Below are positions 62,651 through 64,000 of a stretch of DNA of 64,000 nucleotides, one piece after another. Position numbers and translations under genes: made by a program. Numbering within the stretch: position 1 is the first letter of the stretch; the number at the start of each line of letters is the position of its first letter. Source of the DNA: a virus (lineage: Duplodnaviria > Caudoviricetes); the IMG/VR virus record IMGVR_UViG_3300021256_000100, positions 4,177 through 68,176 of that record. One strand, written 5' to 3'. The notes beneath the pieces are model-generated. The model was given only the letters and a program-made list of their open reading frames with translations. It did not search any database and was not told where the DNA came from.

Positions 62651-63782
62651 TAATAAATTTTCCTCCTTTTAATAAAACCGAGTCCCATTCATAGAACATC
62701 TTAAAAAATGGATAATTTTTCTCTCTAACATACTGAAATATATCTCTTGTCTCCTCTATTGAAACAGTGACATTTTGAAAGGCCCAGTTCGTATAGTGTA
62801 GTTTAGAATTACTTCTACAAAAAGCATAAAGGGTTTGCCGAAGTGGCGGAAAACCTTGTTTCCATTGAAAACTTATCCAACAATTCAAAAGCTCTATAAA
62901 TTTTTCTAGTTCTTTTGTTTTGAAAAAACCGTCATCGTAAGTAAGTAGAATTTTTACTCCTGCCTTTCGTAAAAATAAAGCCTGGACAAAAATTTTTGGT
63001 AGCACGTTTATGAAAAAATCGTTCTCATCTTTACTTCCGTTGGTAATGTTATAGTAGACTTGACGTGCCATTCTTTTATTGTCGAAACATAAATGATAGA
63101 GTACTTCATCTTCCATGCATCCATGATATTGTAGAAAAAAAGCGTTAGGTATTGTAACTATTTCCATCCATTTTTTTAATTCTTCTGAAGAATAAATATT
63201 GATTGGAAACTTATTACCCACAGGATATGGATTAATTCCAAAACGGGTTACATATTCTCTTTGATTTTGTAGCCGTTTTATTAAATCATAAGGTTTTAGC
63301 GAGGCTAAATCATAATCGTGCAGAAAAATTCCAGTGGGTTTATTTTTAAATTGTTTTTGTAAGGATTCAAAAGATAACAAGTTTTCCGAATCCGGCGCCA
63401 GACGCATATGCGCGCAATTTAATATTCTCTTTATTTGAGCCAATTCATTTTTTGTCTTCCCGAAATGGTCGATATACCTATCATATATATGCATATCAGG
63501 AACTGTGTTTTCTATTTCTGGTGGAAGCTGTTTGTATTTCTTTGGATTAAAGGCTCGGCCGCCATATTCACAATTCTGAAGAAAAAATTCTTTTGGATAA
63601 ATTCCGTCTTCGTAATCTTTTCGTATTATAAAACGACCATAGCGCGCTGGCGTCATTGCGGGCGCCAGCAACGCTATCTCTTTATGATTTCTGTAGTAAG
63701 TAACAAGTTTAGCGCATTCTAGATTGGGAACGACGTTCTCGTAATGAAAAAAATCATAATCATACGCAGCAATCGTACTCAT
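62637..63782 (-). CDS. Hypothetical protein
   Basis: 381-aa ORF, coupled on both sides. Confidence 0.7.
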   Translation of the reverse strand: MSTIAAYDYDFFHYENVVPNLECAKLVTYYRNHKEIALLAPAMTPARYGRFIIRKDYEDGIYPKEFFLQNCEYGGRAFNPKKYKQLPPEIENTVPDMHIYDRYIDHFGKTKNELAQIKRILNCAHMRLAPDSENLLSFESLQKQFKNKPTGIFLHDYDLASLKPYDLIKRLQNQREYVTRFGINPYPVGNKFPINIYSSEELKKWMEIVTIPNAFFLQYHGCMEDEVLYHLCFDNKRMARQVYYNITNGSKDENDFFINVLPKIFVQALFLRKAGVKILLTYDDGFFKTKELEKFIELLNCWISFQWKQGFPPLRQTLYAFCRSNSKLHYTNWAFQNVTVSIEETRDIFQYVREKNYPFFKMFYEWDSVLLKGGKFISEWD

Positions 63783-64000
63783 TCGTCATCATTCCTATTA
63801 TCAATTATAATTCTTCCATCTTCGATTGCGCTAACTGTCTCTACCAAATGAAAAGGTGTATTCTTATATTTTTTGGCTCGGAAACCATCTTCGTCACGGA
63901 TTCCAGTTACGATAATTTTATTGCCTCTTGAAAATTCACTTTTTCTTAATACGTGCTTGTGTCCATCTGCGCCTTTCTCGGCATCCTGTTTATCATAATT
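63779..64000 (-). CDS. 3' end of a probable DNA polymerase III alpha-like gene (partial)
   Basis: Open frame NYDKQ...SEFSRGNKIIVTGIRDEDGFRAKKYK resembles the C-terminal OB region of phage DnaE; recalled by eye, not searched. Confidence 0.5.
   Translation of the reverse strand, partial: NYDKQDAEKGADGHKHVLRKSEFSRGNKIIVTGIRDEDGFRAKKYKNTPFHLVETVSAIEDGRIIIDNRNDDE

Overview
A 64-kb segment of a large, AT-rich tailed dsDNA phage with a siphovirus-type virion module. A Bacillota/Clostridia host is inferred from sigmaA-type promoters, an Amidase_2 endolysin and BspA-type LRR proteins. Layout: (1) 1-2545, end of a + strand operon of small hypothetical genes; (2) 2.55-4.8 kb, mostly non-coding hairpin, tandem-repeat and A-tract zones around two small + genes (origin/end candidates); (3) 4.8-14.2 kb, a - strand early/host-takeover-like array with tRNA-Asn and about 24 small genes, most with their own near-consensus TTGACA-N17-TATAAT promoter, punctuated by 13 copies of the palindrome GCCCGGGC and a directional GACCGCTTCC motif; (4) 14.5-55.8 kb, + strand packaging, head, tail, lysis and adhesin genes; (5) 55.9-64 kb, - strand DNA/nucleotide metabolism (RuvC-like, dUTPase, ThyX-like, NrdG, NrdD split by a group I intron with an endonuclease ORF, glutaredoxin, 3' end of a DnaE-like gene). 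The most striking signal is three tandem type III hammerhead ribozymes at 13.1-14.0 kb that bracket two protein-coding genes. Their stem III sequences alternate, so ligated circles of the excised ORF-bearing RNAs should not re-cleave. All calls were made by eye from the sequence; no database searches were run.
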